From Camelus ferus (taxonomy: Eukaryota): a stretch of DNA of 64,000 nucleotides. The position numbers and the translations under genes were made by a program. Positions 1 through 11,583 of this stretch are shown piece by piece; position 1 is the stretch's first letter, and every line of letters begins with the position of its first letter. The notes under the pieces were generated by a model that did not search any database, was not told the DNA's origin, and saw nothing but the letters and a program-made list of their open reading frames with translations. The stretch spans positions 47,866,001 to 47,930,000 of the forward strand of contig NC_045707.1 of the NCBI RefSeq assembly GCF_009834535.1. Direction: 5' to 3'.

Positions 1-327
1 ACCTGTGATTCTGAGTCTCTGTGTCATAAATAAGTGGATTCTGGCTCCAAAAAGCCTCAGTATACCAATCTGGGAAAATGGGAACACTCTGATTTTTGAA
101 ATTCTTGTTCTAAGTACTCTCTCTTCAGATCAAGAACGAGCTTGCTTCTTCTTAATAGTTCCTCTGTGATCACTGCTCCTGCAACCACCCTCTTCATCAC
201 CATGGAAGCTTGACCTTGGAGCTTAATCCACCAAACTCCCTAGTCTTCTTTACTAAAGCCAATCTTTGGTAATGATTTATTTGAGACTGGTACAATGACC
301 TTTTCTATAATAACAGCAGCAACAACA

Positions 328-490
328 ATAATAGGATACTAGCTAATATAGATTGAGCAGGTACTATTTGTGAGGATCATACTATGGGATAGGTTATATT
401 ATTAACCATATGTTATAGAAGAAGAAACTGATAAATAGAAAACTGTAGTGATTTGCTCAGGTTTACATAGCGGGAGAAGCAGTTAAGTAG
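328..490 (-). mobile_element. MIR SINE fragment
   Basis: Degenerate MIR core in reverse orientation (ttatagaagaagaaactga...gtgatttgctcaggtttacatagc). Confidence 0.65.
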
Positions 491-2243
491 GCTCTTTAAG
501 TGTAGAAGGCAAACTACCACTCATAAATGAACAAAGGCCCCGCCATTCATCCGCAGAGGTTTTAGCTGCCAGGCTGTCCCAGTAAAGTCTCATACCACAT
601 ATAACCCATACCCTTTTGTGGACACTCTTCACTAATTCACCTGACTTGTACAGATCATGCTTTAAAACAGTGTCTGTTAACCCAGTGGTTGGTAAGAAGC
701 TAAAATGGTACTCTGGTGTAATTTCAAAATGATCAGCATGAAGTGCTGTGCATAAACTTCAAGGAACACAGGAGAGATTTTGTAGCATATTAATATGATG
801 ACTTAAAAAAAAAATCCTTACAAGACCAAGGCTGCTAATCCCTTCAGTTCACCCAAGCTGAGGGTGGGGAAACCCCAAGAAACAGAACAATCCAATCACC
901 TTGTCCTGTAGCCCACATGCACAGCTGACTTCTGAGAAGTGAACTTAACTTTTAGAGGTTTCATGATCAGCTGCTGGACAACATGCGGCACCAACCTAAC
1001 CACTAATCTCAGATCTCGTAGCAACACAGATCGTCTGGAACCCAAAATAGTCCTGCCCAGAGCTCGTTCACTTCTTATCACTTGAGCAAGAGCCTGTGTA
1101 AGAAAGGTGTCTGTTAGCCAACAGCTGCTGATTCTCAGAGAAACGAGTGGATGTGTAGCTGCTTCCATTTAGTCAGTCACCATCTGTCTCAGCAGTATTA
1201 ACGCTTTTATTTCACCAGGCACCTCTAGCTATGCATATTTCTTTTTAGCCAGGAGTCCACTGGACTTTTTCAGATTCACTCCCACATGTGATATTTTCAC
1301 AGGGCTTCGCGTTGAATGAAATCCCCTTTAATCCCAACCCTTCTCCGCTTTATTGTATTTCTTAACATTTTCCTTTTGTAGAAACACATTAGAGGCCAAT
1401 CCCTAAGACCTTGAGAGAGACACACAAAAGAAAGTCAGACTTTGCTAGAGGATCTTTAACCTGCCTGGAGCTTTGATATCATCTGATTAGAGCTCCTCCT
1501 TTCTTCACCCTTTGGCCTCAATTAGAGACTCTGCTGCCATAAAGTGGATTACTCCTGAATAAGGGCACAGTGTCCACTGTGATAACATTGCTTCCATCCA
1601 GGAGAGCTATGAGACCTGCAGCCTGAGAACACTTTGCTTGATAGTAGGTACAATGCAGTTTTGACTAGAAATCTTATCTAAACTAATTGTTCTGGGCTTA
1701 CCCAAGAGCAATTTACGTCAGCAGGGGAAATCAATAAAGAAATACTAATGGAGAGCATTGTTGGAATTTGTTGCAAGGATGTATTGTTTTATGATGAAAA
1801 ACCAATAAAGATTTTTTAATTGTATATTTCTAGATCAACTAAATGGTTAGCTCCTGCACTAAATTTAATTTGAGGAAACAGTATGAAAAATCTTTATTTT
1901 TCCTTAACTTCTGCCAAGCTCCTCTTGAGTGGTTACATGCAGCCTCCATGTACCTTGTTGTTGAAAGGAGTGGATAGACACATTTATTCTCTGCAATTTT
2001 CATATGTTCTTACTTTAAGGTAAAACAAACCAAGGAGTTGAATTTAAATTAGACCGAAAGAGATCTTCAAACTCTGAAGAAAGCCTGGTATATAAGAGTT
2101 TGCTTATAAAGACCAAGTAGAACTACTGTATTGCAAAGGTACCAAGGATTCTGCAGAATTCAATGCAATTTCTAGCAATCACTAATTATTTACTATGAAT
2201 AAGCCATTTTTTTTTTCAGTTATGAGTTGATCTCTCCTGCCTT

Positions 2244-2379
2244 TAAAGCATATTTGTCTTTCTTTTTAGATTCCACGTATAAGTGATACCATATGTTATT
2301 TTTCTTTCTCTTTCTGGCTTACTTCAAAAAATATATATATATACAAAAAATACATAAATAAAATACTAAAGCAAATTTG
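2244..2379 (+). mobile_element. Short, 5'-inverted young L1 insertion with TSD
   Basis: An inverted L1 3'-region piece (tttagattccacgtataagtgatacc...ggcttacttca) joins an A-rich tail. Flanks are taaagcatatttg (2244-2256) and taaagcaaatttg (2367-2379). Confidence 0.75.
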
Positions 2380-2440
2380 AAGAAGAAGAGGAGGGAAAAG
2401 AGGAAGAGCAGGAGGAGAAGGAGGAGGGATAAGGAGAAAA
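2379..2440 (+). repeat. GA-rich low-complexity tract
   Basis: gaagaagaagaggagggaaaagaggaagagcaggaggagaagg. Confidence 0.8.
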
Positions 2441-2641
2441 TAGTGGCAATGATGATGGCACCATCTGTTGAGGAATCAAAAAGTAGACATGTTAGTCCTC
2501 TTCCATCCCCAGCCACCCAGTCTCAGGTGATGTTTCACTTTGATATTCACCAAGGTGGAGGAACATAGGACAGCAAGACCCTCCTAAGTGCCTGCCTCAG
2601 CAATGTTACCAAGTTCCGTCCCTCCCTGAGGTGTTAGAAGG

Positions 2642-2860
2642 GAACTAACATTTACTGGGCTCTTTGGCATTTTATATGCCTTAGATGCATGGTTTCATTT
2701 AATTCTTGAACAAGCTTATGAGGGAGCAATGCTATTCCCGTTTGTATAGATTAAGTGCAAGAGGTTGAGAAATTTGTCCCAAATCACATAGCTGATAAGC
2801 CAGAAAGAGGCATTCAAATCTGCATATCTGGATTGCCACACCTAGGCTCATCCCATCATC
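2642..2860 (-). mobile_element. MIR SINE
   Basis: aactaacatttactgggc...tcatttaattctt...gaggttgagaaatttgtcccaaatcacatagct...attcaaatc. Confidence 0.75.
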
Positions 2861-3559
2861 TCATATGCACTTCTCCTCTGCTGTACCAATAGATTGATCT
2901 AGTATCTCCTCTTTAACCTTGTCAGCCTGGCTATCTGGCATAGCTTTCCCCAAACATACCAAACATGGCTATGTACCAAGCCGTGTCCCCATACCTCATT
3001 GGTAAGACCCTGCCCAAGCATGTGCATTTTGCTTTTGCCAGTCACTTTTCTCAATGTAGCTATACATTAATGTTTCTCACAACCTAACATAAGACAGATC
3101 ATCCCTCAGACAAAAAACACTCACAGCACACTGGATATGCTGAAAGTCACCACCCAGGTCAAACATCTCTCACTGAAAATGCAAATACTGGGGAAAATAT
3201 GGGAAATTGATAAAGACAGATTTCATGTGATTTAATAATACTGGCTTAAAATATTTCTGTTTTTCATTTCTGATCACATCAGAAAGTGCTATATCCTGCA
3301 TGTTGCTATTTGGAGCTATGAGTTGGAGAGCCTTTTTTATGAAGTAAGAGACTCTCTCTTCCTGTGAGTATGCATGGCCCCTTTGACTGAGATGGAAGAA
3401 AACACCCCAAGATTGTTGAATTTGATGTGGTATTTTTCAGAGGAGGTGTGTCAGGGAGAGAACATACCATCATAATCCATATTAAGGAGAGGAAAAAACA
3501 GTTGGACATGAGAGGACTTAAATTTATCAAATGTTGACTCTGTGCCTTGGCTTGATATG

Positions 3560-3732
3560 TGGCTAACTTTATTTTCTTTATTCTTCTCAACAATCCTGTT
3601 AAATATTCTACACACATCACTGCTACCACCACCAGGATTCAAGGAGAAACACTTGGTCTAGGCTCCAGCAGCTATTGAGTGGTAAAGCTGGGATTTGAAC
3701 ACATGTCTCCCTGGACTGTTTTCACTACACTG
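3560..3732 (-). mobile_element. MIR SINE, degenerate
   Basis: cttctcaacaatcctgt...agtggtaaagctgggatttgaac. Confidence 0.55.
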
Positions 3733-3749
3733 TGCAATTTCCTAATGGG

Positions 3750-4090
3750 CAAGGCTTTGCTCGGGGCCTGAGGAATAAGAGTAATAAAACATACACTCTA
3801 TTCTCAAATTACAATTTAGTTAGGAGACAAACAGACTTAAAAGGTCAATAATAACATATGTTTGCAAAAATGGCTAAGTAGGACCTCAGCAAAGGTACAG
3901 GACCTCAGTGGAGCCACTGATTACAGAGACTTGAGCGGTGAAAGAGTCCTGGTGAAGAACGGAGATTTGAATGGGGCTGAGAAGGAAACCTAAGGGCTTA
4001 AAAACAGAAGAGGCTAGCAGCTGTCCAAAAAAGGAGATCGTCCTGAGCTAAGAATACACATGCTGGATTCCGGGAATAAGATGGGACGTG
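3750..4090 (-). mobile_element. L2 LINE fragment
   Basis: L2 3'-region-like sequence in reverse orientation (ggctttgctcggggcctgaggaataaga...ggagatttgaatggggc). Confidence 0.5.
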
Positions 4091-4165
4091 GTGGTGGTTT
4101 TGCTGTTGTTTCCAGAAGTGAGCATAGAGGGGAACTGTGAAACAGCCCTTCAGAAAGTGTACATT

Positions 4166-4340
4166 AGACCTTTGCTCCTCAAAGTGTGGTTTAAGCACCA
4201 AAGGCATCACCATCATCTGAGAGCATGTTTGAGATACAGAATCGTGGGCCCTGTACCAGATTCATTAAGTCAGAATCTGCATTTTAACAGGGTTCCACAT
4301 ATGATTTAGAGGCATATTGAAGTTTGAGAAGAATTGCCTT
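4166..4340. mobile_element. MER5A-like hAT-Charlie MITE
   Basis: ctcaaagtgtggt...catcaccatcatctgagagcatgtttgagatacagaat...cagaatctgcattttaacag...aagtttgagaa. Confidence 0.8.
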
Positions 4341-4513
4341 GAAGTAGATCAACTCATCTTATTTTCCTTCTTATACATCTTAAAACAGAGGTGAAGAGGA
4401 AAAAAAAATTCTTTTTTCTGCCCTTCTGTGCCCTTCTTTTCTTTCTGTTTCTGTAGAAGCCCAGGTGGCTGTTGGTGAACTCAGGGGCTCGATTGATGCT
4501 TCTGTAAGGAAGC

Positions 4514-4556
4514 TTTGCCTAAAACTCAACATCCTCTTTCTATACCTTTGCTGCCC

Positions 4557-4587
<31 letters not shown>

Positions 4588-4614
4588 TTGCCTAAAACTC
4601 AACATCCTCTTTCT
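4514..4614 (+). repeat. 28-bp perfect direct repeat flanking a T25 tract
   Basis: tttgcctaaaactcaacatcctctttct occurs at 4514-4541 and 4587-4614. Confidence 0.9.
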
Positions 4615-5081
4615 GTAGCTTTTGTGCACGTCACTTGCCTCTTGCTTTTCAGGGGCATTCACTGATCTGTGAGTGTCACAGTGAAGAATGTGGAGCAGAT
4701 GCCTTTTGTACATAAATGTCTACAAAGTGGAGCAACTCAATTGCCTTCCCAGGGGGCACCTCTGAACAACTGGCCTATGTGCAAAACTGGTTGATCTGCA
4801 CATAGCAGAGTGTTCTGTGTTAGTGTCGCCCATTTTAAGCAGTGGGGTTTGAAAGGGCAGTACTACCCTGAGCAGGACTGTTTGGAAACAGAACACCACA
4901 AGAAGAGAGAGGCAGTTTCAAAGTTTAGGCCCTGCCTTGTGGTTCGTCCAGTTTGTTTAATTCAGACTCTTTATTCCTATTAATTTTATTGATCCTCTCA
5001 CTTGGGACCACAACCACCATATGGGAATATTCCAGATTTATGAGAAGCGTGGGGAAAAGGAACATTGTATACATAAATTGG

Positions 5082-5935
5082 GAGTACTTCTGGTTTCCAG
5101 GCTGTCAAATAAAGAACTTGGAAGTTTTCACTCCCATCCATACAATAAGAACAAAACTGAAAAACTGGGAATCAACAATTCTTAGATCCTTCAGAGAATT
5201 GAGGTCACAGGGCAAACCACTGTCCGCAAAGTTGGACAGACAGATGGATACAGAGAATTACAGATTGCCAGGAGCAGAAGGCTTTTCAGAAACCAATATC
5301 AGAGAAGGAAAACCTAAACTATAATTGACAAATTTCCAGAGGCTCTGTGTGGACAAGTTTGAGAATTAAAAACTCCTAAGAGGCCCACATTCCTATGAGA
5401 TTTACCTCCAGGAGCCCCGTCAGGTACCTGCTGTGAGGAGGAAGATGGGGAGACCCTCTCCTGCTTCCTGCAGGGGGAGGACAAAAGTTGCCCTCTTGAA
5501 GTACTCCCAGAGTCCTGCATGCTCCTTAACAAGACTTGCCCTCAAGGGAAACTATTTTATCATAGCCTGACCCACTGGAGTTTCACGAAGGGCCTAATGA
5601 CATGGAGAAGGGAGATGCGCAACTCAGAGTCTGAAATGAATGAAAGACTGAGACCTAATCGTAGGACTTTAGAATGCTTCCCCTCCCCCCACGCCTTATC
5701 AACCCATCAATAATGCTCCTGGATAATAACAAGAGATTACAGCTAGAAGGATTGCAAGCCTCAGACTCTAATTAAGAAATCTCTAGGAAAACTCAGAGAC
5801 AATTAGGGTGACTAAAACAAGGACATGAGAGGAAATTTCAGCCTCTGACACCACAGTTAACGGCATAAACACAGCTTAACTTGAAGCCAGATCAGCATAA
5901 AACCTCACACCAAATACTTATCTACATAAACCAGG
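5082..5935 (+). mobile_element. Ancient L1 5' UTR fragment (L1MDa/L1MCa-like)
   Basis: cttctggtttcc...tcaacaattcttagatccttcagagaattgaggtcacagggcaaaccactg...aaaacctaaactataattgac...gtggacaagtttgagaattaaaaactcc. Confidence 0.7.
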
Positions 5936-6404
5936 AGAAATCTGTAATGACAGTATTCACTTAACCGGATGTAGCCTCTGCTCACATAGCAGAATGTTCT
6001 AGATTCTCTGCTTAGAAAGGAAACAAAGGACAGAGAGACAGTCATATGGATTTGGGATTTAGGGAGGAGAGAAAAATCACCTTCTTGTCTGCAAACTCTA
6101 CCTTCTTTAAACTTGACAGCTGTCATTTAGCCACAGGCAGTTATTCACCTGCGGTCCTTGCCATCCTGTGAAATACACTTCAGCTGATATTTTAGAGATT
6201 ACAGAATCCAGTGGGTTTATTTGTTGCAAGTCATCAAGATTTCTGTGAAAGTTTTATAGTTGATTATAGTAATGATTTACTTAATTAATGCTGAATATTT
6301 TTAGTGATAACTTTATCTTGACAACTCTTACATGTTTGAGTGTCTCTTCAGCCTCTTTGTCCAACCTGCTTGCCAATGTGTGGGTGTCATGGGAAAAAAA
6401 AAAA

Positions 6405-6525
6405 AGATCCTGAGAATCAAGGACATCTAGTCCTGATTTTACCAGACGTTTGTTGTATAATCAACAGGAAGTCACATGTCCTTTCTGGGGCTCAGTTTTC
6501 CCATCTCTAAAAGCCGGATCTAGTA
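6405..6525 (+). mobile_element. MIR SINE fragment
   Basis: ggaagtcacatgtcctttctggggctcagttttcccatctctaaaa. Confidence 0.65.
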
Positions 6526-7559
6526 AAGTAGTAAGATGTCGTATCAATGCAGTTATTAGTGTCTGTAAATTTATAAGCATATATGTACATGATACATTGG
6601 GAGTAAAAAAAATACTGAGATTAAACATAATTCAGTTGCTATTTAATGTCAGTCCTCAGAAAGTATGAATATTTTCATAGAAATCATGAGTTTCTCTAAG
6701 TTTCACTTTATTTTTCTGATTTTTACACCTTCTCCTCATGCAGTACTTCATTCTATATCCTTTTGTAACTCTCTCCAGAGCTCCACTTATGTTCTGAAGG
6801 TGTTTGGGGAGAAATAGAGTTTTGAGATTTGCAAACATCTTTGAGGCATGCTAGTCAGCTTAAATTTGGCTGTATGTGGATTTTCTCTAAAAGGAAACCA
6901 AATAAAACACTCTTGACATGGCAAACAAACAGCCATCCTGAGGGCAATATTTTTAGGAGCTAAGTGTAAATGAATAAAAAAGTCCATGGTGATTTGTTTT
7001 CCCTGAAACACAAAAGAAGCTAAAAAATAAACATCTCATTCCAAACGCAATTTGGATCTTATTGAATTGAAAACAATTGTGCAAAGTATTGGTGCCATTT
7101 GAGGATCACATTAGGCAGTTGGATCCCACATCTGCCTAAAACTCTTACCACTTATATGTAACACACAATTACTGGTTTGCTGAGCAAGAATAAATCATTC
7201 CAGTGATCCAGGAGAGGACAGAACTGGAAAAACACAGAATTAGTCACCTCTCCCCAGGCACACTCATGAAGGCAGACCTGTGAGAGGGAAGACACCCTCC
7301 TTGGTCCCTGCTGTTCATGTGTTAATGGGAGGAGGTAGATGTAGAGCCCCACATGTGGGCTGGTATACAGAACCTGAGATGAGTTCCATACACAACTGAT
7401 GGACTTGATTAAAATGAAGGAAATGGATCAATGCCAGGACTATTCATGTCTTCAAAATAATGTGGGTAGAAATACAAGTTCCAACAGGGCTATGAACAAT
7501 GAATCGAGTGTTAAAGTAATCAGTCTGCTAATGGATTTGTCCACTACACCCACTCTTTG

Positions 7560-7735
7560 GCTCAGCAGAGCACAGATGTTAAGAAAGTGGGTTCTGGAGT
7601 CAAATGGTAAATTCCTAAGTCTCTCTGCCTCAGGGTCCTTGATCAAGATGATGATGGTACCCAACCCACTGGGTTGTTGTAAACATTAAAAGAGAAAATC
7701 CAAGCAAAACGAAGCACCTAAACTTGTGTCCTGCC
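7560..7735 (+). mobile_element. MIR SINE
   Basis: gttaagaaagtgggttctggagtcaaa...ctctctgcctcag...gggttgttgtaaacattaaaagag. Confidence 0.7.
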
Positions 7736-7919
7736 CATGGGAGTTATTGTTGCACATTCCCCTCTTTTTCTCTGTTCTATCCCCAAAATTCCTAGGTACC
7801 CTTCTTCCCTCTTTGCAACCTCATCTGGCCTTGGGATACTATCTGATAGCCTATGCTCTAAGCATATCCCAACTAAAGCCCCTTCATACCTTCCTCAGTT
7901 CAACTTTATAAAGACTTTG

Positions 7920-8085
7920 CTAGAATAGCAATTTCAACTCTAATGTGCATATGGGGGTTCCTGGGGAATCTAGATAAAATGCAGATCCTTATTCAGTAGA
8001 TTTGAGTGTATCCCTGGGACATTCTGCCTTTCTAACAGGCTCTGATGCTTTGGGTCTGTGGGCCATACTGAATCGCAAGTCACTA
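7920..8085. mobile_element. MER5B-like hAT-Charlie MITE
   Basis: cctggggaatctagataaaatgcagatccttattcagtag...ttctgcctttctaacagg. Confidence 0.65.
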
Positions 8086-8501
8086 GGGATCTAAATTAAC
8101 CAGCATTTTCTTTTTCTGAGAAATGTGAGTGATTGAGTTCTTTAGTTGGCTACTAATAGTCTTACAAGCATTAGATCCTCCTTCACTTATGGAATCCAGT
8201 TACCAGATAGATTCCTCACATGGCTGCATTTCTTTGTACGCAAAATTTAAAATTAATTCAAACTAAGGTATTTGTGAGGAATGATACCTTAATGTGTGAC
8301 CTAGTCAGTGAGTAATTTTATGTCTCAAGAAGCTTGGTCCAAGGATAAAATGTGAGGTTGATAATTTGGGGGCTACATATGTAGGGGAAAAGATACTTTG
8401 TTAGCCGTCCTGAAATTACTAGGCAGGTGTTACGCATCAAGCCATCCAACAGTGGTTGGGCAAAATGAATGATGAACACAGGCAAATATTTTTTTTCCAT
8501 T

Positions 8502-8957
8502 AGTTTTGGGTTGAATAGTGTCCACCCCCTGAAATTCATGTCTACCCAGAACCTTAGAAATAGAATCTTTGCAGATGTAATTAGTTAAAGCGAGGCCACA
8601 CTGGATTAGAGTGGGCCCTAGCCCAGTCACTGATGTCTTTATAAGAAGTGACACAGAGGGACAGACACGGAGAGGAGTACATGATGATAAGATACACACA
8701 GAGAACCCACGTGACAGTGGAGGCAGAGACTGGAGTTGTGCTGCCATAAGCAAAGAAGGCCAATGATTGCAGTAACCACCAGAAGCTAGGAGAGAGGCAG
8801 GAACAGGTTCTTCCCTTGAGGCCACAAGAAGAAACGAACCCTGCAGATACCTGCATTTTGGACTTCTGGCCTCATGAAGAGAATAAAGAATAAACTTCTG
8901 TCATTTAAGCCATCCCATTTATGGTCATTTGTACTTTGGCCTTAGGAAAGGAAAACA
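8502..8957 (+). mobile_element. MaLR solo LTR (MLT1C-like)
   Basis: Begins gggttgaatagtgtcc; internal ctttgcagatgtaattagtta and ccaccagaagctaggagagaggc; ends ...aaaaca. Near-perfect 5-bp TSD ccatt/ccatc. Confidence 0.88.
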
Positions 8958-10591
8958 CCATCTATGAAGGGGCAAGATCAGCCCAGGTGCCACCTGAGCC
9001 CCTGGCACTCAGCTTTCACATCTGGCCAAATTGCCCAACCACAGACCCCTCCATGTGGCTAAGTCAATGGTGAGGCAGGTAGCAAAGGGAGCCAGTGGCA
9101 GAGGGGGCAGTGAATGAAGCCTCCTAGGGACTGTGCCCTCGGATATGAGCTGACAAAGGGTGATGAGAGTTGTTCAGGAGGCAAGGGAGGGTGCGGTGGG
9201 TGAACAGGATGGAAGTGGTCCAATCTGTCACTACTGTTTTAACCTCCTTGTAGGCTTTGTGCTTCTTGTCACTGCTTTGGTACCAAGACTTAGCTCCTAG
9301 GCTTTCATAACCCCAGACAACTTGGAAACTTTTGCTTTGACTAGTGAGGAGCCTGAGATCCACATTTATCTCAAGAAAACATACTCAATTAAGGAAAACA
9401 TACTCCCCACCCATGATTATTCTATATTCAGTAACACTGGTTAAACATAGGCCTCCTGCCAAAAAGAATCTTCAGGCTGTTTAAACAGAATGAGGGAAAT
9501 GCCTAAAATTATTCTTTTCCCATTTCCAGCCCAGTGCACTCATATCTTCTTTATTCTACTGCATAGTTTAACGCAGTACAATGCATTCAGAAAGCACCTT
9601 TTATCTACAGAAATTAAAACATCCTATTGAGGTACTCTAAACACTTCTAATCTGCTAAAATTGGATGCAAATTACATCACCAAGTGCTTAAGGGGATTGC
9701 CAAAATGAATATGTGCATCTGAGGACATTCAAGTTCCATCCCCTGTCTAGCGTCGACAATAGCACCAGATTTGGGGTTGAAAGGACTTTCTGAGTTCACG
9801 AACTGCCAGTTACCAGGAACCTGAGAATACTTATTAAAAAGTTTCTGAACCTCAGTTTGTTGTACAGAAAGAATTGACTACTGAGTTTGCAGAGAACACT
9901 TTATAACAGATTTATAAGTCATAATAGATCAGCTAACCCATAAATCATTGACACTCATTGTCTGAATACACAGATGATGAAGAAAGAACTTCACATCATT
10001 TTCATCATATGTGAAACCATCCTCGTTTCTGTCAGAAGTTCCTCTTTCACTGTTTTTTTTTTTTTCATGTAACCTGAGCTATATTTACAATGGCACCAGC
10101 CTGCCTCACTTTTTTTTTTTTTACCAAATATGGGCTGACTCACAACATATTCTGTATCTTTAATCTGGATTTAGTGCCATGTCTCAAGAGTTCTCTGCCC
10201 ACCTTTTTATCTAACCATTTAGACAATCAGAAAAATTATGCATTTTAGTTCTGGAAGCTTCTGGCGTTTGGACTGCAGCTTCAGCCTTCCCTGGTAATTC
10301 AGATTCACCTGCCTCAACTATCATTATGTAGAACAATAGAAAACAACAAAATATTTTGATTGTCATACAGGTAAAATGAAATATTATATTTGAGTATCCA
10401 TTTAAAAATTCTAAAGCTCTCTAAGTGTATTAAAAATTAAATGCTTTTTTTTTTTTCATTCAATAAGAACTTTTTGAGCAAGGCAGCTGCCTGTGTTCTC
10501 CTATGTCACACTTTTCAACTTTCTAGCTTATTTCTATCCCTTCAGTTGTATGGGAGGCTCTATGTCCTGAGGGTAATGAGGATGTCTCTAT

Positions 10592-11350
10592 GTATTCCTT
10601 TAACAAACATTTCCTGGGCACCTATTACATAACCAGTACTCTTCTAGGCACGGGCGTAGCACAGAGGTAAACAAGTGAGTCAGAACTCCTGCCCTCATGG
10701 AACCTATATTCTAGCAGTGGAGACCAATGATAAACAAGTAAACAAATTAATATAACCATTCCAAACAGGTTTCATACGATGAAGATGAGGAACAGAAACA
10801 AATGAATGAGGAAAGAGAAACTCTAGATGGTCAATCTGAGATGGCATCTCTGAAGAGGGCCATTTAAGCTAATGCCAAAGTGTAAGAAAGATACCCGTAT
10901 AAGTCCCAAAGGGAAGAGTGTTCTAGAAAGAGAGATTTACCTGTGGCGTGAAATAGCACCTAAATAGAGAGATGGGCAGCTACAGTAAGGAGAGCTGGGG
11001 AAAGAAGCTCATGGGGAGGATGGAGAGGGGTCAAGGGTCACATCCTACAGGACCCTGCAGGGGCTGTGTGTCTGTTTTATTCCAAAATTGACGGCAAACC
11101 GTCAAAGAAAATTAAGCACAGGTGTAACATAATTTGGTTTCTATGTCAGTAAAATAGCTCAGAGTTCTGTGAAGAAAATGAGCTGGAAGGGGACAAGAAT
11201 AAAAACAGGGAAACAGTTAAGGAACTCTTGCAGTGCTCCAGGCAAAAGGTGCTGTTGGCCTGTATTTACACACAATAGCAGAGGAAAATGGAGAAAAGCA
11301 GATACAATTGAGATATTTTGGAATTACACTGAACAAGGCTCCCTTAGGGA
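10592..11350 (-). mobile_element. L2 LINE fragment
   Basis: ttaacaaacatttcctgggcacctatta...ctcctgccctcatggaacctatattctag, followed by typical L2 body sequence. Confidence 0.8.
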
Positions 11351-11394
11351 TTAGATGGTGGTGGAAGTAGGGATGAAGAGAGGGAAGAATTACG

Positions 11395-11470
11395 ACTTGT
11401 CTATTTCCATGTCCCCAGCCCTTAGCACAATGCCTAGCATATAATAGATGCTCAGTAAACATATTTAGGA
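11395..11470 (+). mobile_element. L2 3' end
   Basis: tccccagcccttagcacaatgcctagcatataatagatgctcagtaaacatattt. Confidence 0.75.
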
Positions 11471-11539
11471 TTTGACTTTTTCCTCCATAAAAACAAAATC
11501 TCCCAAATTGATGATCAGGGAAACAACAAATGAATATAG

Positions 11540-11583
11540 TAAATAAGTAAGTAAATAAATAAATAAATAAGCAAGTAAATAAA
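11540..11583 (+). repeat. (TAAA)n microsatellite, imperfect
   Basis: taaataagtaagtaaataaataaataaataagcaagtaaataaa. Confidence 0.8.

Noticed and set aside
2319..2568. Poly-basic and poly-Leu ORFs
   Set aside because: They are translations of the GA-rich low-complexity tract.
9095..9112. CTCF-like AGGGGGCAG (also near 4750)
   Set aside because: The 5' half of the core motif (CCASY) does not match.
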